Assembly (NCBI GenBank): GCA_963704905.1
Contig: CAVPHZ010000001.1
Coordinates: 643,438-707,437 of the forward strand
DNA length: 64,000 nucleotides
Source of the DNA: Candidatus Chisholmbacteria bacterium
GTDB taxonomy: Bacteria > Patescibacteriota > Microgenomatia > UBA1400 > Chisholmbacteraceae
Direction: 5' to 3'
Positions 1 to 10,200 of the stretch are shown here, in pieces. Made by a program: the position numbers and the translations under genes. Positions within the stretch are counted from its first letter, which is position 1. Each line of letters opens with the position of its first letter. The notes beneath the pieces are model-generated. The model searched no databases. It was not told where the DNA came from and saw only the letters and a list, made by a program, of their open reading frames with translations.

Positions 1-4
1 CGGT

Positions 5-394
5 ATGAGTAAGTATGTTCGCGATATTAATCTCTATTGGTCATTGGGTCAGTGGTTTGTGATTGTTCCTTTAGTTTCTCTGATTGGTTTTGTAGGATTT
101 GCATGGGGTCAGCTGCTTACTTCTGTTATCCTTATTATCCCAATCCGACGGCTTAAGAGGAGAATACCTCTTTCGCTATCTAAATATATATTACCCTATA
201 TTATCATTTCAATAGCTAGTGGTTTATTGGTCAATGGTTTGCATCGATTGGTTCCTGTGGAGAATATTTATCAGCTTTTTTTCTATGCGTTTATTGGAGG
301 GGTTAGCTATCTTGTGCTTGTTTTCGCTTTTCGAAGGAGAGAGGTTTTTGAGAATGTTTTGAAGGTAAAGACGTTTACATTTGAGAAAGGTTAG
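5..394 (+). CDS. Small 4-TM membrane protein, GtrA-like (polysaccharide synthesis/flippase-associated). Possibly 5' truncated at the window edge.
   Basis: 129 aa with about 4 hydrophobic helices and basic loops; size and topology typical of the GtrA family; sits next to a GT-C-like membrane protein. Call rests on topology only. Confidence 0.4.
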   Translation: MSKYVRDINLYWSLGQWFVIVPLVSLIGFVGFAWGQLLTSVILIIPIRRLKRRIPLSLSKYILPYIIISIASGLLVNGLHRLVPVENIYQLFFYAFIGGVSYLVLVFAFRRREVFENVLKVKTFTFEKG

Positions 395-444
395 ATTGCT
401 GCTAATTTTTCTTTTTCTTCGTCCAAATTATTTACGATAGTGAT

Positions 445-1665
445 TTACTTGGTGTTCGGCTTATTACCTTTAAAAAGCGAATGGAATACAACTGCGAAGG
501 CGATGATATTAATGCTTAGTACTGCAAACTCCCAGAGTGGATTGTAGATAAAGAATGATACGAAGATGAGGAATGCATAGGTTGTTGCGAAAGCTGGAAA
601 GTGATTTTTTCTTCGTAAGGTATCCCACAGCATGAGGAAGACGAAACCTGGAAGATGGTGTCGGAAGAATACCCATTTGCTGAGGATATTCGATGCAAGG
701 AGTATGAGTGTGGTAAGGCCGTAGATCTCTAGTTTATCAGACGTTCCTTTTCTGAGCTTGATGTAGAGTATTGACAAAGTGGTGATGGTTGCTAGCAGTA
801 TCGTATTTGCCAATATTGTTAGTGGTTCTGAGAAAGTGTTTATGAGTAATACTCTTCTGGATATTGCATCGATAAACCACCAGAGGCTCGGACCGCGAAT
901 GATCATTTGCTGAGTGTAGCCAATGATTCCGTACCAAGTTTCTCTTGGATATATCAAGAAAAAGGGAGCTACAAATGCAAGGAAGGTGAGGGATGTTGCT
1001 ATTCCTAGTCTTATCGAATTGTTTAGATTTCGGTTGGCTAACAGCATCCAAATTGGGAGAAAAATAAAGATTGCAGATTGCTTTGCAGCAAACGCAATGC
1101 CAAAGAGTAAACCAGCCAGCCAGTAGCGATGGATATCAAGCGTCTGAATAGCAAGAAGAGAAAAGAATACTACCAGTGTTTCGGGATGACCCATAAAGCC
1201 AGAAGTGAAGAGGTAGAAGCCAGAGAAGAAGAGCAGGATGATTACGGTGTTTATTGTTGAGGTTGATAACGTTGGACGGAATTTTTTGATTATCTTGGTG
1301 ATAAGGAAGATGGTTGCGATATCCACTAGAAATAACGAACTACTGTACACCTGGGTAACGAGTTCTTGTGACCAACCAAGTTTTCCCCCGATGATTACGA
1401 ACGGATAGATGAGTAATAATAATAGTGGAGGACAGCAGTACCCTGCACCGTTTGGTGGCGCTATCGAAATAATGCGTAGGTGTGACCAGGGATCAAATGT
1501 GGGTAGGTAGTGAGAGAGGGCTACTAGCCAGGCTTTGTCTTGATGTTGCCATCCCATAAGGTTTGCGAGTGTGCCGACCATGAAATACAATATTGCTGTT
1601 ACTCCGAAGACCCCTGAGGAATTTGAGTAGTATGTTTTCTTGGTTTTCACTTTTCTATGGTTCAT
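445..1665 (-). CDS. Polytopic membrane protein, GT-C-like glycosyltransferase (DUF2029/GT87-like)
   Basis: 406 aa with more than 10 predicted TM helices and conserved acidic/aromatic loops; located in a glycosyltransferase cluster. No strong named motif recognised. Confidence 0.45.
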   Translation of the reverse strand: MNHRKVKTKKTYYSNSSGVFGVTAILYFMVGTLANLMGWQHQDKAWLVALSHYLPTFDPWSHLRIISIAPPNGAGYCCPPLLLLLIYPFVIIGGKLGWSQELVTQVYSSSLFLVDIATIFLITKIIKKFRPTLSTSTINTVIILLFFSGFYLFTSGFMGHPETLVVFFSLLAIQTLDIHRYWLAGLLFGIAFAAKQSAIFIFLPIWMLLANRNLNNSIRLGIATSLTFLAFVAPFFLIYPRETWYGIIGYTQQMIIRGPSLWWFIDAISRRVLLINTFSEPLTILANTILLATITTLSILYIKLRKGTSDKLEIYGLTTLILLASNILSKWVFFRHHLPGFVFLMLWDTLRRKNHFPAFATTYAFLIFVSFFIYNPLWEFAVLSINIIAFAVVFHSLFKGNKPNTK

Positions 1666-1863
1666 GCTTATGTGTTACCCATATATACCATGCTTTTTTG
1701 TAAACGTGCATTCGACTTTTTCTTCTTTCTTGGCAAGCATGTTTTTGGTAAGTTCATGTTATACAAGTTCGGTATGATATTAATCTCATTAGTCAAGTGA
1801 TTGGAGTACGCAAATGCAGGTTCGTAAGCATTTATTAGATCGAGTAGTAATGGTAGGTCTAAA

Positions 1864-2781
1864 ATGAAATCATCACGAATTCCGACTGTGTCTATTATTA
1901 TGCCTAATTATAATGGTAGAGCGGTAGTTGAAGAGTGCCTGACTTCTCTTAAAGCAATGGCCTATCCAAAGAATAAGGTTGAGACAATCATGGTTGATAA
2001 TCACTCCTCTGATGATTCTGTTGAGTTTGTCAAGACGCGTTTCCCTTGGGTAAAGGTTTTAGCACTAGAACGAGGATATGGATTAGCAGGGGCTCTTAAT
2101 AGAGGCGCACAGATTTCCAAAGCTGATTATTTGTTACTGATTAATAATGACATTGTTGCTGATCGATCAGTATTGAAGTATTTAGTGCAGACTGCTCAGA
2201 TGCAGTCGGATGTTGGAGCGGTAGGGCCTATGGCTTTTACCTACCACGATCGAAGTCTCATCGAGAAAGCTTGGGGGAAGATGGATCTTTCGTCTCTTGA
2301 GATTGAGTCAGTTGGGAGAGGGGAAAAAGATACCGGACAATATGATCAAGTTGAACTCGTCGATGCCTGCATTTTCATTACCGTGTTAGTTCCGAGGGAT
2401 GTGTATATGCGGATTGGGCCGTTGAACGAGCGATTTTTCATTTATTATGAAGACAATGATTTCTTTTTTCGCCTCCGAGCTGCAGGCTTGAAGTGCTATC
2501 TTGCAGCTGGTGCGAAAATTTGGCATATGGGGAGCAAGTTAAGTGGCCCTTCCAGTCCACAGACGATTTATTATCTTTCTCGAAACAAACTTCTCTTTCA
2601 AAGTACTCTGCGAGCGTTTTCAGTTGCAGAACACTTGAGAAACGCTCGGTTTTTTGGTTCGTCTTTGTTGCTCTCAGTATTGCGACAGAAAGAGAAGAAG
2701 GAGCATCTCTCAGTTGCTTTGGGTATCATAGATTATTACAGAGGTAAATTTGGAGAGCGAACACTTCGGTTTACAACATGA
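1864..2781 (+). CDS. Family 2 glycosyltransferase (GT-A fold)
   Basis: N-terminal 'VSIIMPNYNG' then 'VDNHSSDDS' (DxD-type) and 'YYEDNDFFFR'; typical GT2 layout. 4-nt overlap with the next GT2. Confidence 0.8.
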   Translation: MKSSRIPTVSIIMPNYNGRAVVEECLTSLKAMAYPKNKVETIMVDNHSSDDSVEFVKTRFPWVKVLALERGYGLAGALNRGAQISKADYLLLINNDIVADRSVLKYLVQTAQMQSDVGAVGPMAFTYHDRSLIEKAWGKMDLSSLEIESVGRGEKDTGQYDQVELVDACIFITVLVPRDVYMRIGPLNERFFIYYEDNDFFFRLRAAGLKCYLAAGAKIWHMGSKLSGPSSPQTIYYLSRNKLLFQSTLRAFSVAEHLRNARFFGSSLLLSVLRQKEKKEHLSVALGIIDYYRGKFGERTLRFTT

Positions 2782-3617
2782 GGAAAAAACTATCGGTTAT
2801 CATTCCGGTTTACAATGAAGAAAAGTACATTGGTGTGTGTCTCTCCTCGATATGTAAGCAGTCACTTCTCCCTGATGAGGTGATCGTTGTAGATGATGGT
2901 TCTACTGATAGGACTGTGAAGATTCTGTCTGAGTTTGAAACACCAAAGTTTCGGTTTCAAGTGTTTCAACAGACGCATCAGGGATCTGCCGTGGCTAGGA
3001 ATTTAGGAGCCAGACGCTCCTTTGGGGATATTTTGATATTTGTTGATGGAGACATGCGCTTTGATAAGCATTATCTCAAGAAATTAGTTGCACCCATCAT
3101 AAAAAGGAAAGCAAAGGCCACGTTCACCAGAGAAGAGTATGTGGCGGATTCTGCTAATGTTTGGTCTAGGTGCTGGAGTGTTAACAGTTATTTACCTCAA
3201 GACCTTCACATTGATCCGAACATGCCTGACGAGACGACGAATTTCCGGGCGATTACTCGAGATGTGTTTTTTGAAACTCAAGGTTATCTCGATACGGGTT
3301 ATGGTGGGGATGTAACAGTTTTGGAGCAATTGCCTGATATCCGAGCCAAAGCGGCTGAAGGTGCGGTGTGTTATCACTACAATCCTTCGTCTTTGTGGGA
3401 AGTTTTCATATCATCGCGGTGGATGGGGAGGGGTGAGGTTATCAGTGCGCGTTGGCGATCGTTTCTGATTTATTCATTGCCCAACTCGCTCCGGAGGGGC
3501 GTTTGGGAGGCTTTTAGGAGGCGTTTACCCTGGTTTATTCCATTCAAGATCGTGGTGGATTTTGGAGTGTGGATAGGACTTGTTGAGCAGAGATTGGGAA
3601 GAGCGCATTATAAGTGA
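2778..3617 (+). CDS. Family 2 glycosyltransferase
   Basis: 'LSVIIPVYNEEKYI ... VVDDGSTDRT ... FVDGDM' GT2 signature. Confidence 0.8.
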   Translation: MRKKLSVIIPVYNEEKYIGVCLSSICKQSLLPDEVIVVDDGSTDRTVKILSEFETPKFRFQVFQQTHQGSAVARNLGARRSFGDILIFVDGDMRFDKHYLKKLVAPIIKRKAKATFTREEYVADSANVWSRCWSVNSYLPQDLHIDPNMPDETTNFRAITRDVFFETQGYLDTGYGGDVTVLEQLPDIRAKAAEGAVCYHYNPSSLWEVFISSRWMGRGEVISARWRSFLIYSLPNSLRRGVWEAFRRRLPWFIPFKIVVDFGVWIGLVEQRLGRAHYK

Positions 3618-3830
3618 GCTTTTATTTATTACTGATATATTAGTGCTACATTCTTTGTAATATTATCTATTACTATATACTATTATATTGTTATATATGA
3701 GGAGTTGGAGACGGATTAGCAGAGAGATGAGTATTTTCTTTTTAGAAAATGTTTTTTTACACTCACGGTCCATTGAAACAATCTGCATTAGGAACGGGGA
3801 TTATTTCGTCTAGTCATTTCGGATTGTTGT

Positions 3831-4706
3831 ATGCATGGTGGTTTTTTCAAGAAGAAGCTGCTCTCTACTATCTGGGAGAAGCCTAGTTACGCACGGGCTA
3901 GTGAGAAAGAAATTCAGAAACAACTTTCGAGTAATCTGGGTCACTTGAGGTTATTGGAGTATTCGAAGAGAGCATCTCTTATTCTCGATTGCGCTTGCGG
4001 TGATGGTAGGGTTCTTTTCCACCTTTGGAGGAAGGATGCGAGATTTTGTGGAGTTGATCTCTCGAGTCGAGCGATTCAAGCAGCAAGAAAACGCCTTGGA
4101 AGGAAGGTGAATGTATCTTTATTTGTTGGAGATGTGGAACGGGTTGCAGTGAAAGGCGGGCTTTTTGATTTGGTGTATAGTTCTTATGCTTTAGAACATG
4201 TTGATGATCCCAAAATGGCAATATTGGAGATGATTCGATTGTTAGCTCGGGGTGGAACAATGATTATTGTCTGTCCTAATTATGGCTCTCCTTTTCATCC
4301 GTCTGCTTCCAGTCCTCCTCCTCGAATGACACTTTTTAGCAGAGCAATGAGGATATTTTTTAAGAGTCATGGAGCTGTGGTTGTTGAGCCACGAAGCTTG
4401 GGTTGGATGAAAGTTCAGCCGAAAGCGATTGTTGAGGGGAGATGGGAGCAAGATTGGGATACTACTGTAGAGCCGTATGTTCAGACATTGCTTCCTTTTT
4501 TACGTAGGAATGGTGTGGAGATTCTTGAGTATTCGTCTGGACTTGAGCGGAGAAGCGAATCCAGCTGGGATGATCTGCGAGGAGTTTCGCTTCAACAATT
4601 GATTTTGAAGATATTTCGGAAGTGGTTTGAATTTCTTGGAAGAATTGGGATTGTACCGTATCTATATTATGGACCAACTTTGTTTGTGGTTGGGAGAAAG
4701 ACATAG
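3831..4706 (+). CDS. Class I SAM-dependent methyltransferase
   Basis: Motif I 'ILDCACGDGR', motif post-I 'GVDLS', 'LVYSSYALEHV'. Confidence 0.7.
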   Translation: MHGGFFKKKLLSTIWEKPSYARASEKEIQKQLSSNLGHLRLLEYSKRASLILDCACGDGRVLFHLWRKDARFCGVDLSSRAIQAARKRLGRKVNVSLFVGDVERVAVKGGLFDLVYSSYALEHVDDPKMAILEMIRLLARGGTMIIVCPNYGSPFHPSASSPPPRMTLFSRAMRIFFKSHGAVVVEPRSLGWMKVQPKAIVEGRWEQDWDTTVEPYVQTLLPFLRRNGVEILEYSSGLERRSESSWDDLRGVSLQQLILKIFRKWFEFLGRIGIVPYLYYGPTLFVVGRKT

Positions 4707-4711
4707 TCCTG

Positions 4712-5944
4712 ATGCGTCTGGATCAACGCATGAACCAGGCAGAGCATGAACCAGGCAGACTCTTCCATTTCGGCGGGTTAGGCACGGATGACACGAATGA
4801 TATTTATAACCTTTCAGTCGCGTCAAGAAAAGAATATATGAATGCTACGAATAGCAAAAAGAGACCAAAAATTGCAATTCTTGTGCCAAGATATGGATTA
4901 GTTGAGCGGGGAGTGGAGAATTTTACCTCTGGATTGGCAGGTCATTTAAAGGGGGATTTTGAATTTACTGTTTACTCTCGGGTTAAAACCCATGAAGACA
5001 CGGAGAAGGTATTTGCTGTGCCTGAGTCCAAAGGTTTTCTTCAGAGTATATATCGTACTTTTCCAGCTGCAAAAAAGTTGATGGATAGGTATTATTTGGA
5101 TCCTCAGAGTGTTGAGATGTTGAGTTTTAGTCTCTCTGTTTTACCAAAGCTGTTATTTGGAACGCATGACCTTTTGTTTCCTCAAAATGGAGTATGGGGA
5201 GCGATGGTTTGCAGAATAATACGAGCAATGAAAGGAACGCCTTTTATTTACCGAAGTGCGGGAGGCAAGGAACCGCTGATTGTGCGACAGAAGCCGGATG
5301 TATATGTTGCAACCACCCCTGAGAATATGAAGTTTATTCGAGAATACCCGAGAGATGTGAAGGTGCAATTGATTCCAAACGCTGTGGATCTTGTGCATTT
5401 TTCACCTCGAGTGAAACCGGTTGATTTACAGATTCGGAGACCAATTGTACTTTGTGTTGGGGCACTGATTCCCTCGAAAAGACATGAGTTGGCGATACGA
5501 GCTGTTTCTAAGTTATCAGAGGGTAGTTTGGTAATTCTTGGTGATGGGCCACTGCGGAGGAATCTTGAGAAAGATGGCTTAAAGTTGTTGGGGAAGCAGC
5601 GATTTCTTTTGCGTAGGGTCAAGCATGCGGATATTGCTGGTTATTATGCTGCGGCTGATGTTTTTACATTGCCTTCGCGGGAAGAACCGTTTGGTATTGT
5701 TTACCTTGAGGCGTTAGCGTCGAATCTTCCGGTTGTTGCTCCTGATGATTCAACGCGACGATATATTATTTCTCGGGCTGGGTTTTTGTACCCACCTGGG
5801 GATGATAATTCTTACGTCAAGGCTTTAGGGAAAGCACTTGGGAAGAACTTTGGTTCTTTGCCAAGGAGACAGGCGGAGAAGTTTAGTTGGGATCGGGTTG
5901 GCAAGGAGTATCGGAAGCTTTTTTATGAACTTACTTCTGCGTAG
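4712..5944 (+). CDS. GT4-family (GT-B) glycosyltransferase. Likely true start is the ATG at 4838 (MNATNSKKRPKIAILVP).
   Basis: C-terminal 'EPFGIVYLEALASNLPVVAPDD' retaining-GT4 EX7E-type motif; N-terminal 'KIAILVP' typical GT-B start. Confidence 0.75.
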   Translation: MRLDQRMNQAEHEPGRLFHFGGLGTDDTNDIYNLSVASRKEYMNATNSKKRPKIAILVPRYGLVERGVENFTSGLAGHLKGDFEFTVYSRVKTHEDTEKVFAVPESKGFLQSIYRTFPAAKKLMDRYYLDPQSVEMLSFSLSVLPKLLFGTHDLLFPQNGVWGAMVCRIIRAMKGTPFIYRSAGGKEPLIVRQKPDVYVATTPENMKFIREYPRDVKVQLIPNAVDLVHFSPRVKPVDLQIRRPIVLCVGALIPSKRHELAIRAVSKLSEGSLVILGDGPLRRNLEKDGLKLLGKQRFLLRRVKHADIAGYYAAADVFTLPSREEPFGIVYLEALASNLPVVAPDDSTRRYIISRAGFLYPPGDDNSYVKALGKALGKNFGSLPRRQAEKFSWDRVGKEYRKLFYELTSA

Positions 5945-5964
5945 TGTGTTGGTTGAGCTGGCCA

Positions 5965-6696
5965 CTATAGTTTGAAGTTATTGATGACGCTGTTTACCTT
6001 AATAACGGCGTCCATGGTTCCGACATCAAAATAGTTTGAGCTCAGCTTCACTGCTTTGAAATTGACCTTTCCCTCTTTTGCTAATACATTGAAACCAACT
6101 CCAAGGAGCCGATCTCCTCTAGTTTTTTGGCTCATTATGTGTTTTTTAAGCTTTTTGAGAGTAGCTACATTTGCCCCCCATATTCCCCAAATCCAATTGC
6201 TGAGCGGGGGGGACTTTTTTACTAACACTCCTCGTACCCGTCCAGCTTGATCAATGCGTACGCTATCATATCTACTTCCGTCGGGCACCTTAAACACCCC
6301 TAAACAGATATCGGCACCATGGAGGAGTTGCCTTTTAAGTCTTACAAAGCTTGCAAGTGGAGAGAAGATTGTATCTGGTAGTCCAAATAAACAGATGTCA
6401 TTGTCGTTGAGATTTGAGATTGGATAGAGGCAAGATTCGGGGAGGGAGGGGGAGTTGTAGAAAACCATGCTGATGTTTGCATTGTAAGTAGCGTATTTTT
6501 TTACGATATCGATTTTCTCCGGATGGATGACGAGTTTAATTTCATCCACCTTGGCGTGTTGCAGCGCGCGTATAGAAAACTCCGAAATTGCATAGTGGCG
6601 ATTCTTGTATGCCACTGGATAGAGCTCTTTTGAAAAAGCAATTGGCTGCAATCTCGAACCTTTTCCAGCCATTGGTAAAATTCCGTAGCATTTCAT
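5965..6696 (-). CDS. Sugar-1-phosphate nucleotidyltransferase (NTP_transferase fold). The ORF extends to 6771, but the start is probably the internal Met at 6696 (MKCYGILPMAGKGSRL).
   Basis: G-x-G-x-R-L pyrophosphorylase motif 'LPMAGKGSRL' right at the proposed N-terminus. Confidence 0.6.
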   Translation of the reverse strand: MKCYGILPMAGKGSRLQPIAFSKELYPVAYKNRHYAISEFSIRALQHAKVDEIKLVIHPEKIDIVKKYATYNANISMVFYNSPSLPESCLYPISNLNDNDICLFGLPDTIFSPLASFVRLKRQLLHGADICLGVFKVPDGSRYDSVRIDQAGRVRGVLVKKSPPLSNWIWGIWGANVATLKKLKKHIMSQKTRGDRLLGVGFNVLAKEGKVNFKAVKLSSNYFDVGTMDAVIKVNSVINNFKL

Positions 6697-6847
6697 CGAT
6701 AAGTTCCCCGTTGTTTGGTGGTTGATGGATATGTGTATCTTAGCAAATTCATCCGCTTGATCACTTGGCATTTGATATTTGACCGATTGTGTTTGGTCAT
6801 AAACCTTTCAGAGATGGTCTTAACAGATTTAGAAGGGTCGATTTCTT

Positions 6848-7183
6848 TTGAAAAAAGTTCCTCATCGGGAAGTTGTTCGCTACTATGCGGTTGCGGATGT
6901 TTTTACGCTTGCATCTAAGGATGGGCTGTTTGGAATTGTGTATCTTGAGTCAATGGCAAGCAATTTACCAGTTGTTGCACCTGATGATGAGAGTGGAAGG
7001 TCCATTTTAGGAAAGGCTGGAGAGTATTTTTCTTCTAGGAGATTTATTGAATATTCTGAGGTGTTGCAAGAGGTTGTTCGAAAGCAATTTGGCCAAAATC
7101 CAAGAAAACAGGCGGAGAAGTATAGTTGGGATGTTGTCGGGAAGCAGTATCGTCAGTTGATTCACATTCTTGTTTCAGCGTAG
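6848..7183 (+). pseudogene. 3' remnant of a GT4 glycosyltransferase (C-terminal ~110 aa only), paralogous to the C-terminus of the 4712..5944 gene
   Basis: 'YYAVADVFTLASKDGLFGIVYLESMASNLPVVAPDDE...RKQAEKYSWDVVGKQYRQL' aligns with 'YYAAADVFTLPSREEPFGIVYLEALASNLPVVAPDDS...RRQAEKFSWDRVGKEYRKL'. Frame opens only at 6833 after a TAG; TTG start; no N-terminal GT-B domain upstream. Confidence 0.6.
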
Positions 7184-7244
7184 AGAACTCCAATTTGTGT
7201 TATTCTAGTTGAGACGTTCTCTCCTAATTGAGGTAATTCTGCCT

Positions 7245-10200
7245 ATGAAAAATACTCGAAAGAAGAAGGTAAAGAATACAGTTTTAAATAGACTTTTTTC
7301 TTTGGCTCTTCACATGCCACCAGTGGCTATCGTTATTTTTGCGTGGTCAATTGTTGCCCGTTGGTATTTTACTCACTCTCCAGCCCTTGGTGTTGATCTT
7401 TTTAATACTGCTACCTATGTGACTTATCTATCGAAAAATTATGTCCCTCGCTTATTTGCATGGAAATATATCTGGTGGTCTGGCCACCCTCTGGTTGGGG
7501 AGTATCCAACGCTTCATGCCTATCTTATTGCTCCGTTTGTCCATTACTTTGGAGCTGTTACAGCTGTACAAGCTTATATGTTAGTGCAGCTTCTTTTATT
7601 TTTCTTGTTTATGTACCTTCTCTTTTCTGAAATATCTAGGAGTCGATATCTTTCGAGCTTTTTGGTCGTGCTGGCGGTATTTTCTATTGGGACTTATGGC
7701 GCCCTCGTATGGGGAGGTTCGTTACCTTACTTTGGTACGCAGACGTTTCTTCCTCTAGTTCTATTTTTGTTTGTCCGATTCCTTCAGCAAAAAGATAAAC
7801 GATCGTTAGTGTTATCCGGAGCTTTGACCGGGTTGAGTCTTTTTGGTCATCCTCAGATCGCAATTGTCTATATTCTTCCAGCGGTGTTTTTACTGTTAGC
7901 GTTATGGTCCGATAAAGCAATACCATTTTTATCGAAGAAAAAGATAAAGATTTTTGCGCTATTTTCCGGACTCGCTGCATTTGTTGGGTATTTTGAAATG
8001 TATGGAAGAACAGGAGTAAGTTTGCTGTTGCTTCCATTGTGGATAGTTAACTACATGCTGTCGTTTTTCGGTTCGAAGCTCCCTTCTTTTGTTCCTGCTC
8101 AAATTACTGAGGGAAATGTGAGCATAGGGGTAGGACTTTCCGCAACACAACTCGCTATTTTAAAAGTACAGCATGAGCGAATTTATTTACTTTTTAAAGA
8201 AATTCACCCTGCTTTTTTTGTCATGATGGGAGTGTTGCTGATCGTCGCACTTGTACTTATTCTTATTTCGAAAAGTAAAAAGCAGTTATTGCGAATGGTG
8301 CCGTATGGGATTCTCAGTTTGTATTTTGTCTTTTACATCTGGCTATATTCCAGAGGAATATCATTTTTTCATGGAGGATGGTATCGAGTATTCTGGTCAT
8401 TTCCACTTTTTTTTGGAATGTTCATTTCTTGGGAGTGGAGTGTTGTTCAACAAGCGGTGAAGAGGTTTGTATCAAAATCTCCGCGGAGAAGTATTCTTAT
8501 TTTCGGATCAGTAATCTTTATTGGAGTGACAATCTGGGTGTTTATTCAGAGTCCAAGAAATTTTTTTGAAAACATTGATAATCTTGATTTAGCCTACAGC
8601 GTACAGAGTAGCGCTTTTCCGGCACCTTTGAACTTTTTATTTCGAGAGCATCAAACAGATCAACTTAAGGAGCAGCTTGTTCCAGGGTGGCTTGAAGCAA
8701 ATAATCGAGAATTTCGATTATATGAAGCAGATGCACAGGTGAATATCTGGTGGAATACGATGTTTGATATGCCAGTTCAACGTGGTTATATTGATCCACC
8801 CATTGGAACTGAACGACGGGGTGGATACTTCTGGTTAGACATTGCCATGAAGGCTGATCAACTCGTAACAGAATTTGAAGTGCCAGAAGATATTGCACTT
8901 CAGAATGCACTGTTTTTACTCGATTGGTTTGGAATTAAATACATCGAAGCAGGACATTCGAGTGATTCTTTTGCTCCACTTTCTTCATACTTACAGAGTG
9001 CTGATCTTTTTTCTAAAGAAGAACGACTTTGGTATCCAGATAAGAAACGCTTTTTTTCATATTATCTCGATCATGAACCAGTTCCATTACGAGCAATAAA
9101 CAAACCACAACTGCTATTTGTGGGAAATGAACCTGCGTATAGAGCAACTGTTGAGGCTCTGCGTACTTCTGCTACGAATCCAGACTTTGTAATTATTCGT
9201 GGCCCTGATTACATTGATCGATTGTCTACGAAAGGATTGCAAAAATATGATGGTTTGATTCTCTATGATTATGCTTATCGAGATTATAGTAATCAAGATC
9301 AAGCGTATGCTGTTGTAGCTGACTTTCTTTCTAGTGGAAAAAATGTGTTTATTGAGACAGGTGGAGGGGTATACGAGTCTGACAGTTTACGAGGGCAGTC
9401 TTTTGCATCAGTGCTTGCCAAAGGAAGAGCATTACCTTCTCTGTTTCCTGTTCTTGCAACTGAAAAGGATAGCTTTGGAGATGATTGGGATCTCACTGTG
9501 GAGAGGAAAAGTTTTCTTGAGGGTGTGAGCGTAGATCAGTTTGCTCCACCATTGAGTTTAAGTACTGAAGGCTCTGAAGACAATGCTCCATGGGAAGTAT
9601 CTTTTGCTGATGAAAAGGCAGTTGATCGTGGAGCTACTGTTTTGATACGCAATCACGGAATACCGGTTGCTGCGGAGAAGCGGTTTGGTGAAGGCAGAAT
9701 TATATGGAGCGGGCTTAATCTTGGTGTGCATGCAGAACAATACCAGAATTATAACGAGCGGTTGTTTTTATCAAATATGTTGCTGTCACTGTATGATTTT
9801 CAATCGCGAATGCAGCCAGAATATGAAGTGGATTCGAAGGCACCAGGTCATCTTTCCGTATCAGTTCATGGAGATGCAAACGGTATTTTCTTAGCTCAAG
9901 AAACCATTGAAGGTTGGGCAGCAACTATCGAAGGGAAGGATACTTCTTTGATACAAAGCCTCGAATTCCCTGAGCCAGGGTTATTTATTAAACTTCCAGC
10001 GAAGGAGTGGAAGAATCTTGATGTAGAGTTTGTCTACCAGGGGAAACAATTCCTTCAGTACTACGAACTAAAGGATGAGTTCAGCTCACCTATATTACAT
10101 CCGACGAACGCATCTGTTATTGCTGTAGTTGGAGATGATAATTCGTATGAGACGTTTTTTCGAAATCTGGGAACGAATAATCTCAATTCAAAAAAGATTA

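Noticed and set aside
3620-3830. AT-rich 'tattactatatactattatattgttatatatg' stretch as a mobile-element end or origin
   Set aside because: Short, with no flanking inverted repeats or transposase; more likely a promoter or UP-element region for the methyltransferase gene.
6715-6918. 67-aa plus-strand ORF
   Set aside because: It overlaps the N-terminal extension of the nucleotidyltransferase and the GT4 remnant in another frame; Cys/Ser-rich low-complexity translation.
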